A stretch of DNA of 64,000 bases, from positions 3,280-67,279 of the forward strand of contig JAJDNW010000096.1 in assembly GCA_022340465.1 (NCBI GenBank), read 5' to 3'. How positions within the stretch are numbered: the stretch's first letter is position 1; each line of letters starts with the position of its first letter. The notes beneath the pieces were generated by a model, which worked only from the letters and a program-made list of their open reading frames with translations, searched no databases and was not told where the DNA came from. Position numbers and translations under genes: made by a program. Positions 37,025-46,972 of the stretch are shown in pieces. The stretch comes from Deltaproteobacteria bacterium. Lineage in GTDB: Bacteria > Desulfobacterota > Desulfobacteria > Desulfobacterales > B30-G6.

Positions 37025-39004
37025 ATGACAAGCTACACCGTCCGTTTCCTTCCCCACGATAAAACCGTCCAGATCCCCGAGGGGGAAATCCTTATTCGTG
37101 CAGCCATAGAAGCCGGCGTGCATGTCAATGCCTCCTGCGGTGGCGAAGGGGTATGCGGAAAATGCCGCGTGATTGTAGAAAAGGGGGAAGTGGAAGGCGG
37201 TCTCAGTGAACGGCTCAGCGATGACGACCGCCGTAAGGGGTACCGGCTCGCCTGCCAGAGCCGTGTCATGCAGGATATCACCGTACGTATTCCGGTCGAG
37301 TCCACGGTGGATGCCAGCGTATTGAACACCCGCAGCACCCCCAGGCAGACCGCCCGCATCCGGCAAATGGATCTCGACGACCTCAAGGAAAAGGGCCTTT
37401 TCCTGGCACCGGTGGAAAAGAAATATCTCGAACTTCCCGAGCCTACGGCGGACGACCACCTGCCGGACGTCACCCGGCTGGTCAGTTTTCTGAAGCTGAA
37501 GCACGATGAACGCCGCATCAAGGTCAGCCTGCCCGTCATTCGCAAGATGCCTGATTTGTTGCGAAAGGATAATTTCAAAATTACAGCCACCCTGGAACGG
37601 CCTGTTCGTGAAATCGGCAAGACCGACATCATCAATGTGCAGCCGGGCGACACCAGCGACCGCAACTACGCCATTGCCGTGGACATCGGTACTACCACCG
37701 TCTACGGCCAGCTCATCGACCTCGTAACCGGCGATGTTCTGGCTGAAAACGGGGACTTCAACGCCCAGATCAGCTATGGGGAAGACGTGATCAGCAGGAT
37801 TGTCTACGCTGAAAAAGAGGGCGGGCTCGAAAAACTGCACCAAATCGTGGTGGGCACGATCAACACAATTATCGGCAAACTTTTTAAAAAGTCGGGTGTG
37901 GACAGGGACGACATCTCAGCCATCACCCTGGCCGGCAACACCACCATGACACAGCTTCTGCTGAAAGTGAACCCGCGCTACATCAGGCGTTCCCCCTATG
38001 TTCCGGCGGCCACCCTCTACCCTCCGGTAAAGGCCGTCGACCTGGGCATCGAATTGAACGACCATGTGTCCGCCCTGGTTTATCCAGCGGTTTCCAGCTA
38101 CGTGGGCGGTGACATCGTTGCCGGCGTCATGGGATCGGGCATGTATCTCACGGATAAGCTGACCCTGTTTATGGACATCGGCACCAATGCGGAGATCGTC
38201 GTGGGAAACCGGGAATGGTTTGCCTGCGCAGCCTGTTCCGCGGGGCCGGCATTCGAGGGCGGCGGCATCGAATTCGGCATGCGGGCCTCCAAGGGGGCCA
38301 TAGAAGATTTTTCCATAGATCCGGATACGCTGGAGCCCATGAACATCTGTATTGGCAATGTCCGACCCAAAGGCATATGCGGCTCGGGCCTCATCATCAT
38401 GGTGGCCACCTTCTTCGAAATGGGAATTATTAACAATCTCGGAAAGTTCGATCGCGATCTGGAAACGCCGCGCATCCGTGAAAAAGACGGTGTATACGAA
38501 TATGTCCTGGCATGGAAGAATGAAACCCAGATCGACAGGGACATCGTGCTGACGGAAATCGACATCGAGAACCTGATTCGCGCCAAGGGAGCGATTTACA
38601 GCGGCTGCCTGACCCTCCTGGAGGAGGTCGGTCTTTCGGTTAAGGATCTGGAGCACATCATTCTGGCGGGAGGATTCGGCAGCTACATCGATCTGGAACG
38701 CGCCATGGTGATCGGCCTGCTCCCGGAGATCGACCCCGCAAAAATCACCTATATCGGCAATGGGTCACTGATGGGGGCGAAAATGAGCTCCCTCAGCAAC
38801 CACATTCGCCGCAATGTCGTCGAAGTGACCAAAAACATGACGAATTTCGAGTTGTCTGAAACCGTGTCCTACATGGACAATTACATCGCCGCCCTCTTCC
38901 TGCCCCATACGGACATGGAACAGTTCCCCAAATTGAAGGCACGGATGAAAAAAAATATAAAATTAACAGCCGGTTATAAATCAAAACCGACATCCCTCCC
39001 TTAA
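37025..39004 (+). CDS. acsV: Reductive activator of the corrinoid Fe-S protein (RACo/AcsV; 2Fe-2S ferredoxin + ASKHA ATPase/DUF4445)
   Basis: N-terminal plant-type 2Fe-2S motif 'CGGEGVCGKCRV...ACQ'. ASKHA phosphate loops 'AVDIGTTTV' and 'MDIGTNAE'. 'CSAGPAFEGGGI'. Begins 8 bp after the upstream stop. Confidence 0.85.
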   Translation: MTSYTVRFLPHDKTVQIPEGEILIRAAIEAGVHVNASCGGEGVCGKCRVIVEKGEVEGGLSERLSDDDRRKGYRLACQSRVMQDITVRIPVESTVDASVLNTRSTPRQTARIRQMDLDDLKEKGLFLAPVEKKYLELPEPTADDHLPDVTRLVSFLKLKHDERRIKVSLPVIRKMPDLLRKDNFKITATLERPVREIGKTDIINVQPGDTSDRNYAIAVDIGTTTVYGQLIDLVTGDVLAENGDFNAQISYGEDVISRIVYAEKEGGLEKLHQIVVGTINTIIGKLFKKSGVDRDDISAITLAGNTTMTQLLLKVNPRYIRRSPYVPAATLYPPVKAVDLGIELNDHVSALVYPAVSSYVGGDIVAGVMGSGMYLTDKLTLFMDIGTNAEIVVGNREWFACAACSAGPAFEGGGIEFGMRASKGAIEDFSIDPDTLEPMNICIGNVRPKGICGSGLIIMVATFFEMGIINNLGKFDRDLETPRIREKDGVYEYVLAWKNETQIDRDIVLTEIDIENLIRAKGAIYSGCLTLLEEVGLSVKDLEHIILAGGFGSYIDLERAMVIGLLPEIDPAKITYIGNGSLMGAKMSSLSNHIRRNVVEVTKNMTNFELSETVSYMDNYIAALFLPHTDMEQFPKLKARMKKNIKLTAGYKSKPTSLP

Positions 39005-39390
39005 CGTTGATCCGTTTTTTGAGGCGTCAACCTGCAGGCGTTGGAAGGCAGCCGTTATCTATTGACAAAGCCGCATCCCTAATATAGATAATCATATTTG
39101 TAGTAATTTGCTGTAAATTGCGTTTGTTGGAATCAATTTAGTCGGAATTGGCAGTATGAAAGCGGTGGTGAAACACGATGCCGCCGGAGAGCAATTGAAC
39201 AAGGTTTCCAGGCCGATCAGGCCGGAACTTTGCGAACGTTTAATTTCCGAATGCCAAAAAAATTGAAAAAAAATAATCACTAGGAAAGGGGGGTGTAGAC
39301 TTAGAGTAATTGCTAAAAAATGTCAGTAAAATCAGTTCAACATCGCAAGACCTCAATCATTAACCGGTATTTTGATAAGGAGGTATAAAA

Positions 39391-40974
39391 TTGGGTTTCG
39401 AATTCACTAAAGAATCTTATACCGGCGCCGTAAAAGAAATCACACTAGGTGAGGGCGCCAAGGCTGTTACCGTTGGGGGAGAGACCTGCTACCCGTTCTA
39501 CCAGTTTGAAGGTGACATGCCCCACAAACCGAAAATTGCCATGGAAGTGTGGGATATGGAGCCTGAGGAATGGGCGCCGGCAGCACTTGAACCATTCAAG
39601 GATGTCGTGTCGGATCCGGCCGCCTGGGCAAAAAAATGTGTGGACGACTTCGGTGCCGAACTCATCGTTCTGCAGCTCAAGAGCATCGATCCCAACGGGG
39701 ATGACGCCAGCCCCGCGGATGCGGCCGCCAGGGTCAAGGCCGTGGCCGAAGCCATCGATGTCCCCCTGATCGTCTGGGGTTGTGCCAACCCCCAGAAAGA
39801 TGAAGACGTGCTCAAAGCGGTTGCCGAAGCCTGCCAGGACTTCAATCTGGCCATCGGCCCGGTGGAAGACACCAATCACAAGGGGATCGGAGCGGCTGCC
39901 ATGGGCTACGGCCACATCGTGATCTCTTCCTCACCCATCGACGTCAACATCGCCAAACAGGTCAATATTCTGCTCGAGAACCTGGGCATGCCCATGGACC
40001 GGGTGATCATCGATCCCACCACCGGCGGATTGGGTTACGGACTCGAATATTCCTATTCGGTCATGGAACGGTTGCGCATGGCCGCCATGGCCCAGGGGGA
40101 CGACAAGCTGCAATTCCCCATCATCAACAACCTGGCCAATGAGGTCTGGAAGTGCAAGGAGGCCAAACAGGGTGTCGACGAAGCGCCTGAACTGGGAGAC
40201 CCCGAAAGACGCGGGATTCTCATGGAAGCCGTGGGCGCCGTCTCCTATCTGATGGCGGGCACCGACATCATGATCATGCGCCATCCGGAAGCCATCCGCA
40301 TGGTCAAGGCCTTTATCGACCTGGTAGTCGATGGCGGCAGTGCCGCCGACGTCACCCCCGTCGCCAAGGCCCTGGACGATGTAGAGATCGACTTTGCCGC
40401 CATCTCCCCGAAACCGGATCTTACCATCGAAGAGGAAAAAGAGGCCAAGACCGCTCCGGCCAAGAAGGCCGAGGCCAAACCCAAGGCCGAGAAGAAAGCG
40501 CCGGCCCCAAAAGCCGCTCCCAAGCAGGAGGCTCCCGAAAAGGCTGAAGCTAAAAAAGCCGAGCCGAAAATAGAGGAAGCCCCCGCGGTAGACGAAAAAG
40601 CCGATGCAGAAGCCAAGGCCAAAGCCGAGGCCGACGCCAAGGCCAAGGCCGAAGCCGATGCCAAAGCCAAGGCCGAGGCCGAGGCCAAGGCCAAGGCCGA
40701 TGCCGAAGCCAAGGCCAAGGCTGATGCCGAAGCCAAGGCCAAGGCCGAGGCCGATGCCAAGGCCAAAGCCGACGCCGACGCCAAAGCGGCCCGCGAGGCC
40801 GAGGAAGATTCCCTCCGTCAAAAACGCGCCGCCGAACGCGAGGCGCTGGAATCCAAACGGGAAAAAGGGGAAGCCAAGGTGGTTTCCCTCACCGCTGCAG
40901 CCGCCCAGAAGGATCAAAATGAAAAGATTCTGGAAAAACTCAACTGGGTACACCGTCGGGTGAAGCTGTATTAA
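39391..40974 (+). CDS. acsD: Corrinoid Fe-S protein small subunit (AcsD/CdhD) with a ~190 aa low-complexity C-terminal extension
   Basis: TTG start 5 nt after AAGGAGG. The first ~330 aa is a TIM-barrel AcsD-like domain ('[14 protein letters not shown]', '[24 protein letters not shown]'). It is followed by an Ala/Lys/Glu/Pro-rich tail. Confidence 0.85.
   Translation: MGFEFTKESYTGAVKEITLGEGAKAVTVGGETCYPFYQFEGDMPHKPKIAMEVWDMEPEEWAPAALEPFKDVVSDPAAWAKKCVDDFGAELIVLQLKSIDPNGDDASPADAAARVKAVAEAIDVPLIVWGCANPQKDEDVLKAVAEACQDFNLAIGPVEDTNHKGIGAAAMGYGHIVISSSPIDVNIAKQVNILLENLGMPMDRVIIDPTTGGLGYGLEYSYSVMERLRMAAMAQGDDKLQFPIINNLANEVWKCKEAKQGVDEAPELGDPERRGILMEAVGAVSYLMAGTDIMIMRHPEAIRMVKAFIDLVVDGGSAADVTPVAKALDDVEIDFAAISPKPDLTIEEEKEAKTAPAKKAEAKPKAEKKAPAPKAAPKQEAPEKAEAKKAEPKIEEAPAVDEKADAEAKAKAEADAKAKAEADAKAKAEAEAKAKADAEAKAKADAEAKAKAEADAKAKADADAKAAREAEEDSLRQKRAAEREALESKREKGEAKVVSLTAAAAQKDQNEKILEKLNWVHRRVKLY
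40600..40788 (+). repeat. In-frame tandem repeat, 24-nt period (about 8 copies), encoding (A-E/D-A-D/E-A-K-A-K)n within acsD
   Basis: 'gccgaggccgacgccaaggccaag'-type units read directly from the sequence. The protein reads '[63 protein letters not shown]'. Confidence 0.9.
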
Positions 40975-41037
40975 CGCGCGGCCGTCAAACATTAACGCCA
41001 ACGTTTTAAAATTAATCAATATGAGGAGGAACCTCTA

Positions 41038-43056
41038 ATGGCAGTAGAAAAAAAGGAAAAAGCCCCGAAATTAGCAGATCCGGTAGCGGCGTCCATCGAT
41101 GTCGCCAGCCAGGAAATGATTGCTCGCGCCCAGGAACTGGGTGTGGAAACCGTTTTCGACCGGGCCGTCAAAATGAAGCCCTGCAACATCGGCATCCAGG
41201 GAATCTGCTGCAAAAATTGCGCCATGGGCCCCTGCCGCCTGCCGCTCCCCAAGGGTGGCATCCAGGGCGAGGATGACCGCAAGGGCCTCTGCGGCGCCAC
41301 CGCCAACACGATCGCGGCGCGAAACTTCATCCGTATGATCGCCGGCGGTGCTTCGGCCCATTCCGACCACGGCCGCAGCGTCGCGCACGTATTCATGTCG
41401 GCCGCCAGGAAAGAGACCGACGCCTACAAGATCAAGGACACCAACAAGCTGCTGCAGATCGCTCCCTATCTGAACGTAGCCACCACCGTGGAGGTGGACG
41501 GCGAGACCAGGGACCGCGACATCGACGAAATCGCTCTCGAGGTAGCCGAAGTGGCTCTCAAAGAGTGGGGCAAGCCCGAAGGCGAACTGCTGTACGCCAA
41601 AAGAGCACCCGCGGCCCTGTACGAAAAATGGAAAAAAACCGGTGTCGTCCCCCGCAATATCGACCGTGAAATCGTCGAAATCATGCACCGGACCCACATG
41701 GGCGTGGACCAGGACTACAAGAACCTGATGAAGCAGGGCACCCGCGCGGCCATCGCCGACGGCTGGGGCGGCTCCATGCTGGCGACCGATCTCCAGGACG
41801 TCTTGTTCGGAACCCCCTACCCCCTGCAGTCCGAATCCAACCTGGGTGTCATGAAAGAAGACCATGTCAACCTCGTGGTCCACGGCCATGAACCGGTTCT
41901 GTCGGAAATGATCGTGGCGGTATCCCAGAAACCCGAAATCGTCGAATACGCCAAGTCCAAAGGCGCCAAAGGCATCCAGCTCAGCGGTATCTGTTGCACG
42001 GCCAACGAGATCCTGCAGCGCCACGGCGTTCCCCCCGCAGGCACCTACCTGCAGCAGGAACTGGCCATCGTCACCGGCGCCTGCGATGCCATGGTGGTGG
42101 ACATCCAGTGCATCTTTCAGAACCTGGCCAACGTGGCCAAGTGCTTCCACACCAAGCTGATCACCACCCACCCCATCGCCAAGATGGAGCAGGACAATGT
42201 GATTCATATCGAGTTCGACGAGCACTACGCCCTGGAAGATGCGGAGAAGATTATACGCATGGCCATCGACAACTTCGAGAACAGGGGCGCGGAGGTCATG
42301 ATTCCAAGGCACAAAACCACGCAGGTAGCCGGTTTTGGCGTGGAATCGATTCAGTATCACCTGGGCGGCACGTTCCGAGGCGACTACTACACGCTCAACG
42401 ACAACATCATCAACGGCCGTATCCGCGGCATTGCCGGCGTGGTCGGCTGCAACAATGCCCGGGCCCGGCACAATGAAGCCCACATAACCGTGGTCAAGGA
42501 GCTCATCAAAAACGATGTGATCGTGCTCACCACCGGATGCAACGGCATCGCCTGCGGCATGGCAGGGCTGCTGACACCGGAATCCGCGGCGGTCTACTGC
42601 GGACCGGGCCTGGCGGAAGTGTGTGAAACCGTCGGTATTCCACCGGTTCTCAGCCTGGGATCCTGCGTCGACAACAGCCGTATCCTGCTGGCGGCCACCG
42701 AAGTGGTCAAGGCCGGCGGATTGGGCAACGACATTTGTGACCTGCCGGCGGCGGGCAGCGCCCCGGAATGGATGAGCGAGAAGGCCATCAGCATCGGTCA
42801 CTATTTTGTCGCCTCCGGCGTCTACACCGTTTTCGGGCTGCATCTACCCACGTCCGGGGCACCGGTTTTTCATGATTACATCTCCAAAGAAATGGAAAAG
42901 CTCTATGGAGGCAAATGGGATCTGGAAGCCGATCCGATCAAGCATGCACAACTGATGATCGCCCATATCGACAAAAAACGGAAAGAACTGGGCATTGACA
43001 AGGCCAGAGAGAGGGTCCTCATGGACATGGCGGACCGCCAGGCCCTCGAGGCTTAA
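41038..43056 (+). CDS. acsA: Anaerobic Ni-Fe carbon-monoxide dehydrogenase catalytic subunit
   Basis: 672 aa. D/B-cluster motif 'CNIGIQGICCKNCAMGPCRL', plus 'HGHEP' and 'GCNNAR' C-cluster regions. Confidence 0.95.
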   Translation: MAVEKKEKAPKLADPVAASIDVASQEMIARAQELGVETVFDRAVKMKPCNIGIQGICCKNCAMGPCRLPLPKGGIQGEDDRKGLCGATANTIAARNFIRMIAGGASAHSDHGRSVAHVFMSAARKETDAYKIKDTNKLLQIAPYLNVATTVEVDGETRDRDIDEIALEVAEVALKEWGKPEGELLYAKRAPAALYEKWKKTGVVPRNIDREIVEIMHRTHMGVDQDYKNLMKQGTRAAIADGWGGSMLATDLQDVLFGTPYPLQSESNLGVMKEDHVNLVVHGHEPVLSEMIVAVSQKPEIVEYAKSKGAKGIQLSGICCTANEILQRHGVPPAGTYLQQELAIVTGACDAMVVDIQCIFQNLANVAKCFHTKLITTHPIAKMEQDNVIHIEFDEHYALEDAEKIIRMAIDNFENRGAEVMIPRHKTTQVAGFGVESIQYHLGGTFRGDYYTLNDNIINGRIRGIAGVVGCNNARARHNEAHITVVKELIKNDVIVLTTGCNGIACGMAGLLTPESAAVYCGPGLAEVCETVGIPPVLSLGSCVDNSRILLAATEVVKAGGLGNDICDLPAAGSAPEWMSEKAISIGHYFVASGVYTVFGLHLPTSGAPVFHDYISKEMEKLYGGKWDLEADPIKHAQLMIAHIDKKRKELGIDKARERVLMDMADRQALEA

Positions 43057-43126
43057 GGTCTGAACAGACTTGCCATGACGGAATTCTTAAACCTTAACAC
43101 TAAATCCTCAGCGAAGGAGGACACAT

Positions 43127-45340
43127 ATGTCTAAGTTAGTCGCATTTGCCGCCATACAGGGTGGCTACAAAGTCGTATCAGCCGCCGAAGGCGCTTTCCA
43201 CAATGCCCTGGAGTCTTACAATGCAGACACCAAGATCGAGTTCCCCAATACCGGTTACTATCTCCCGGTGATCTACTCCCTCACGGGCATGAAGGTGGAA
43301 AAACTGGAAGACCTGAAAAAACCACTGGATTTTGCACGCGGCCTGTTGCCGCCGCACGTCAAGGGCAAAAACCATCTGCCCTATCTGGGGCCCCTGCTGG
43401 ACGCCGGTATGGCCGCCATCTTTGCCTATGAAATCATCGAAGCCATCCGCATCATGAAAGACCCCGACTTCTACCTGCCGGGGGAGGATCCCGACATCGA
43501 AGCCGGCAAAATCTGGCTGGGGCCGGCGGACGACGTCATCCTCAGAAAGAGGGGCGTCGAGTTCGTGGACGGCAGCGCCCCCGGTTTTGCCGCCGTCGTC
43601 GGCGCCTGCCCGGATCCGGAAACCGCCAAGATGATCGTGGAGGACTACCAGAAGAAAAACCTCTACATCTTCTGTGCCGCCAACCACAACGGAACGTCGG
43701 TCATTCAGCAGCTGCTGGAAGCCGGTGTCCAGGTGGGCTGGAGCACCCGCATCGTGCCCTTCGGCCCGGATATCTCCTCGGCGGTGTTCGCCCTCGGGTT
43801 CGCCAACCGCGCCGCCATGGCCTTCGGCGGCATTCAGCCGGGCGACTACAAGAAAATTCTGCATTACAACAAGGACCGCGTATTCGCCTTTGTCAATGCC
43901 TTCGGCGACATCGGCACCGAATGGGGCGTCGCCGCGGCCGGTTGCGTCAACTGGGGCTTCCCAACGCTGGCCGACACCGACATCCCGGAAATCCTGCCCA
44001 CGGGTATCTGTACCTACGAGCACGTGGTGGCCAACGTTCCCCACGATGAAATCTGCCAGAGATCCGTTGAAGTTAGGGGCCTCAAGGTCACGGTCTCCGA
44101 AATCGACATCCCGATGTCATTCGGCCCGGCCTTCGAAGGTGAGCGTGTCCGCGGCGCCGACCTGCACTGTCAGATGGGCGGCGGCAAGACCCAGGCCACG
44201 GAGCTGGTCAAGATGGCCGACATGAAAGAGATCGAAGACGGCAAGGTCGTGATCGAGGGACCCGACGTCAGCGATCTGAAAGAAGGCGAGACCCTGCCTC
44301 TCGGGATCTTCATTCAGGTGGCCGGCCGTGAAATGCAGGTCGATTTCGAGCCTATCCTGGAGCGTCAGATCCACCATCTGATCAACTACATCCAGGGCAT
44401 CATGCACATCGGCCAGCGCGACATCGCCTGGATTCGCGTGAGCAAGGCCGCCATGGAAAAGGAGTTCTCCCTCAAGCACATCGGCGTGGTCCTGCATGCC
44501 AAATTCCACCAGGAGTTCGGCAAAATCCTGGACAAGGTCCAGGTGACCCTCTACACCGACAAGAAAAAGGTGGATGAGCTGACCAAGACCGCCCGCGCCG
44601 AATACAAGACCCGTGACGAACGCGTCGAGAACATGACCGACGAGGATGTGGAAACCTATTACTCCTGCACCCTCTGCCAGTCCTTTGCGCCCACCCACGT
44701 GTGTACGGTCAGCCCGGAAAGAACCGGCCTGTGCGGCGCCTACAACTGGATGGACTGCAAGGCCTCCTTTGAAATCAACCCCACCGGCCCCAACCAACCC
44801 ATCGAAAAAGGTGAGGTCCTCGACCCGGTGCTGGGGCAGTTTAAGGGCGTCAACGAGTTCGTTAAAAGTGCCTCCCGCGGGGCCATCGATCACTACAATT
44901 TCTACTCGATGGTAATTGACCCCATGACCACCTGCGGCTGCTGCGAGTGCATTGCAGCCATGCTGCCGTCCTGCAACGGCGTCATGACTGTCAACCGGGA
45001 CTACACCGGGGAAACCCCCTGCGGCATGAAGTTCACCACACTGGCCGGGGTGATGGGCGGCGGGGCTTCTTCGCCGGGCTTCGTGGGCCACTCCAAATTC
45101 AACATCACCCAGCGTAAGTTCATCAAGGGTGACGGCGGCCTGCTGCGCATGGTTTGGATGCCCAAAATGCTCAAGGAAGAAATCAAAGAGCGCATCGACA
45201 AGATGGCCGCAGAGCTGGGTGAACCGGACCTGTACGACAAGATCGCCGATGAAACCGTGGGTATCACCGAAGAAGAGATATTGCCGTGGCTCGAAGAAAA
45301 GGGCCACCCGGCACTCTCCATGGATCCTCTGATCGGCTAA
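43127..45340 (+). CDS. acsB: Acetyl-CoA synthase (A-cluster subunit of CODH/ACS)
   Basis: 737 aa. 'CTLCQSFAPTHVCTVSPERTGLCG' ([4Fe-4S] of the A-cluster) and 'TTCGCCECI' (Cys-Gly-Cys Ni site). Confidence 0.95.
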   Translation: MSKLVAFAAIQGGYKVVSAAEGAFHNALESYNADTKIEFPNTGYYLPVIYSLTGMKVEKLEDLKKPLDFARGLLPPHVKGKNHLPYLGPLLDAGMAAIFAYEIIEAIRIMKDPDFYLPGEDPDIEAGKIWLGPADDVILRKRGVEFVDGSAPGFAAVVGACPDPETAKMIVEDYQKKNLYIFCAANHNGTSVIQQLLEAGVQVGWSTRIVPFGPDISSAVFALGFANRAAMAFGGIQPGDYKKILHYNKDRVFAFVNAFGDIGTEWGVAAAGCVNWGFPTLADTDIPEILPTGICTYEHVVANVPHDEICQRSVEVRGLKVTVSEIDIPMSFGPAFEGERVRGADLHCQMGGGKTQATELVKMADMKEIEDGKVVIEGPDVSDLKEGETLPLGIFIQVAGREMQVDFEPILERQIHHLINYIQGIMHIGQRDIAWIRVSKAAMEKEFSLKHIGVVLHAKFHQEFGKILDKVQVTLYTDKKKVDELTKTARAEYKTRDERVENMTDEDVETYYSCTLCQSFAPTHVCTVSPERTGLCGAYNWMDCKASFEINPTGPNQPIEKGEVLDPVLGQFKGVNEFVKSASRGAIDHYNFYSMVIDPMTTCGCCECIAAMLPSCNGVMTVNRDYTGETPCGMKFTTLAGVMGGGASSPGFVGHSKFNITQRKFIKGDGGLLRMVWMPKMLKEEIKERIDKMAAELGEPDLYDKIADETVGITEEEILPWLEEKGHPALSMDPLIG

Positions 45341-45395
45341 GAGTGGTCTGGAAAGAAAGGACCCACCTATACATAGACTTGGAGAAATATTACCT

Positions 45396-45442
45396 GGAGG
45401 GGCCGCCGGTCGAACGGCTGCCCCTCCGGCGGGCTCTTTTTT
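45396..45442 (+). terminator. Intra-operon GC-rich hairpin plus T-run between acsB and acsC (partial terminator / attenuator candidate)
   Basis: 'ggaggggccgcc'-loop-'ggctgcccctcc' (one mismatch), followed by 'ggcgggctctttttt'. Confidence 0.45.
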
Positions 45443-45472
45443 GAATAGCTGAAAACACATAAGGAGACAAAA

Positions 45473-46813
45473 ATGGCATTAACCGGTATTCAAATTTTCA
45501 AACTCCTGCCAAAAACCAACTGCAAGGAATGCGGTGTGCCCACGTGCCTTGCTTTTGCCATGAACCTGGCTTCGGGCAAGGCGGAGCTGGACAGTTGTCC
45601 GTACGTTTCGGACGAGGCCAAGGAGCAACTGGCCGAAGCCTCGGCACCGCCGATTCGTCCGGTAAAAATCGGTAAAGGCGTCAGAGCCTTTACCACCGGC
45701 GGTGAGACCGTTCAGTACCGTCATGAAAAAACCTTTTTCAACCCAACCGCCCTGGCGGCCATGGTCGCATCTGACATTGCGGACGCCGACCTGGAAGCCA
45801 AACTCAATGTCTGGAACGCCTTCCAGTTTGAACGGGTCGGCCTCAACTTGAGGCCCGAACTCGTCGCCCTGAAAGACGCCAACGGCGATGCCGGCGCCTT
45901 CGCGGCCAAAGCCAAAACCATCGCGGAAACATCCGAATTCAACCTGGTGCTGATGTCCGACAGCCTCGATGCCATGAAGGCCGCCGTCGAAGCCGCCGGG
46001 TTCAAGCGCCCCCTGATCTATGCCGCCACCGAGGCCAATGTCGATGATTTCGGCGCCCTGGCCAAGGATAACGATCTGCCGCTGGCGGTCAAAGCCGATT
46101 CGGTCGAAGCTCTGGTGCCATTGACGGAAAAACTGACGGAAATGGGCCTCAAGGATCTGGTGCTCGACCCCGGTTCCCGCGATGTCAAGCAGGCCCTGGA
46201 AGACCAGATCGCCATCCGGCGGGCCTCCCTCAAAAACGGCAACCGCGCCGTGGGATTCCCGACCATCACCTTCCCGTGCGAAATGGCGTCCAATCTGGAG
46301 ATGGAAACCCTTCTGGCTGGCATGTTCATCGCCAAATACGGCGGCATAGTGGCCCTGTCCGATTTCACGGGGGAAAGTCTGTTCCCGCTACTGCTTGAAC
46401 GCCTGAACATCTTCACCGACCCGCAGCGGCCCATGACCGTCACCGAAGGCATTTACGAAATCAACAACCCGGACGAAAACTCGCCCGTCCTGGTCACCAC
46501 CAACTTCGCCCTGACGTACTTCATCGTCAGCGGCGAAATCGAAGGCAGCCGCGTTCCGGCTTACCTGTTGATCAAGGACGCCGAGGGTCTTTCCGTCATG
46601 ACCGCCTGGGCGGCCGGTAAATTCGCCGGTGACGACGTGGGCATGTTCGTCAAGAAAAGCGGCATCATGGACAAGGTCAAGCATACCGAGCTTGTCATCC
46701 CCGGTTATGCAGCGGCCATCGCCGGCGATGTCGAGGAAGAGCTTCCCGGCTGGACTATTACCGTCGGTCCCAGGGAGGCGGCGCATATTTCGGGATTTCT
46801 GAAATCCAAATAA
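45473..46813 (+). CDS. acsC: Corrinoid Fe-S protein large subunit
   Basis: 446 aa. N-terminal [4Fe-4S] motif 'CKECGVPTCLAFAMNLASGKAELDSCPYV', followed by TIM-barrel and Rossmann-like B12 domains. Confidence 0.92.
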   Translation: MALTGIQIFKLLPKTNCKECGVPTCLAFAMNLASGKAELDSCPYVSDEAKEQLAEASAPPIRPVKIGKGVRAFTTGGETVQYRHEKTFFNPTALAAMVASDIADADLEAKLNVWNAFQFERVGLNLRPELVALKDANGDAGAFAAKAKTIAETSEFNLVLMSDSLDAMKAAVEAAGFKRPLIYAATEANVDDFGALAKDNDLPLAVKADSVEALVPLTEKLTEMGLKDLVLDPGSRDVKQALEDQIAIRRASLKNGNRAVGFPTITFPCEMASNLEMETLLAGMFIAKYGGIVALSDFTGESLFPLLLERLNIFTDPQRPMTVTEGIYEINNPDENSPVLVTTNFALTYFIVSGEIEGSRVPAYLLIKDAEGLSVMTAWAAGKFAGDDVGMFVKKSGIMDKVKHTELVIPGYAAAIAGDVEEELPGWTITVGPREAAHISGFLKSK

Positions 46814-46906
46814 GGATTTTCGCAATCCAACCCGGGCTGAACGATATATAGGTTTAACTGTGTCGACCATTCAGCCAAGGATCAAATTGTTTTGACGTCT
46901 AAAGAA

Positions 46907-46931
46907 CGGGGGGTATCTGGATTGCCCCCCG
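46907..46931 (+). other. 7-bp G/C stem hairpin (CGGGGGG-11 nt-CCCCCCG) in the acsC-acsE spacer
   Basis: Read directly from the sequence. There is no T-run, so this could be an RNA processing or stability element. Confidence 0.35.
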
Positions 46932-46972
46932 ATCCCTGGATTTAACCCGTCAATTAAGCGTAGGGAGGTTAT

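Noticed and set aside
40600-40788. Possible CRISPR or other non-coding array, given the regular 24-nt periodicity
   Set aside because: The units are contiguous with no spacers, are in frame, and lie inside acsD. This is a coding tandem repeat.
39931-41019. 362-aa minus-strand ORF with G/L/F repeats, and the 179-aa 'ALASASALA' ORF (40245-40784)
   Set aside because: These are alternative-frame and antisense readings of the acsD tandem repeat. They have no start context. The plus frame is continuous with the AcsD domain and has a strong ribosome-binding site.
41071-42843. 590-aa minus-strand ORF antisense to cooS/acsA
   Set aside because: Its composition is G/A/V/D/H-rich shadow sequence with no motifs. 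The plus-strand gene has unmistakable CODH cluster motifs. Long antisense ORFs are typical of GC-rich genes.
44117-45460. 447-aa minus-strand ORF antisense to acsB
   Set aside because: It is a shadow ORF of a high-confidence gene, and its low-complexity composition has no recognisable domain.
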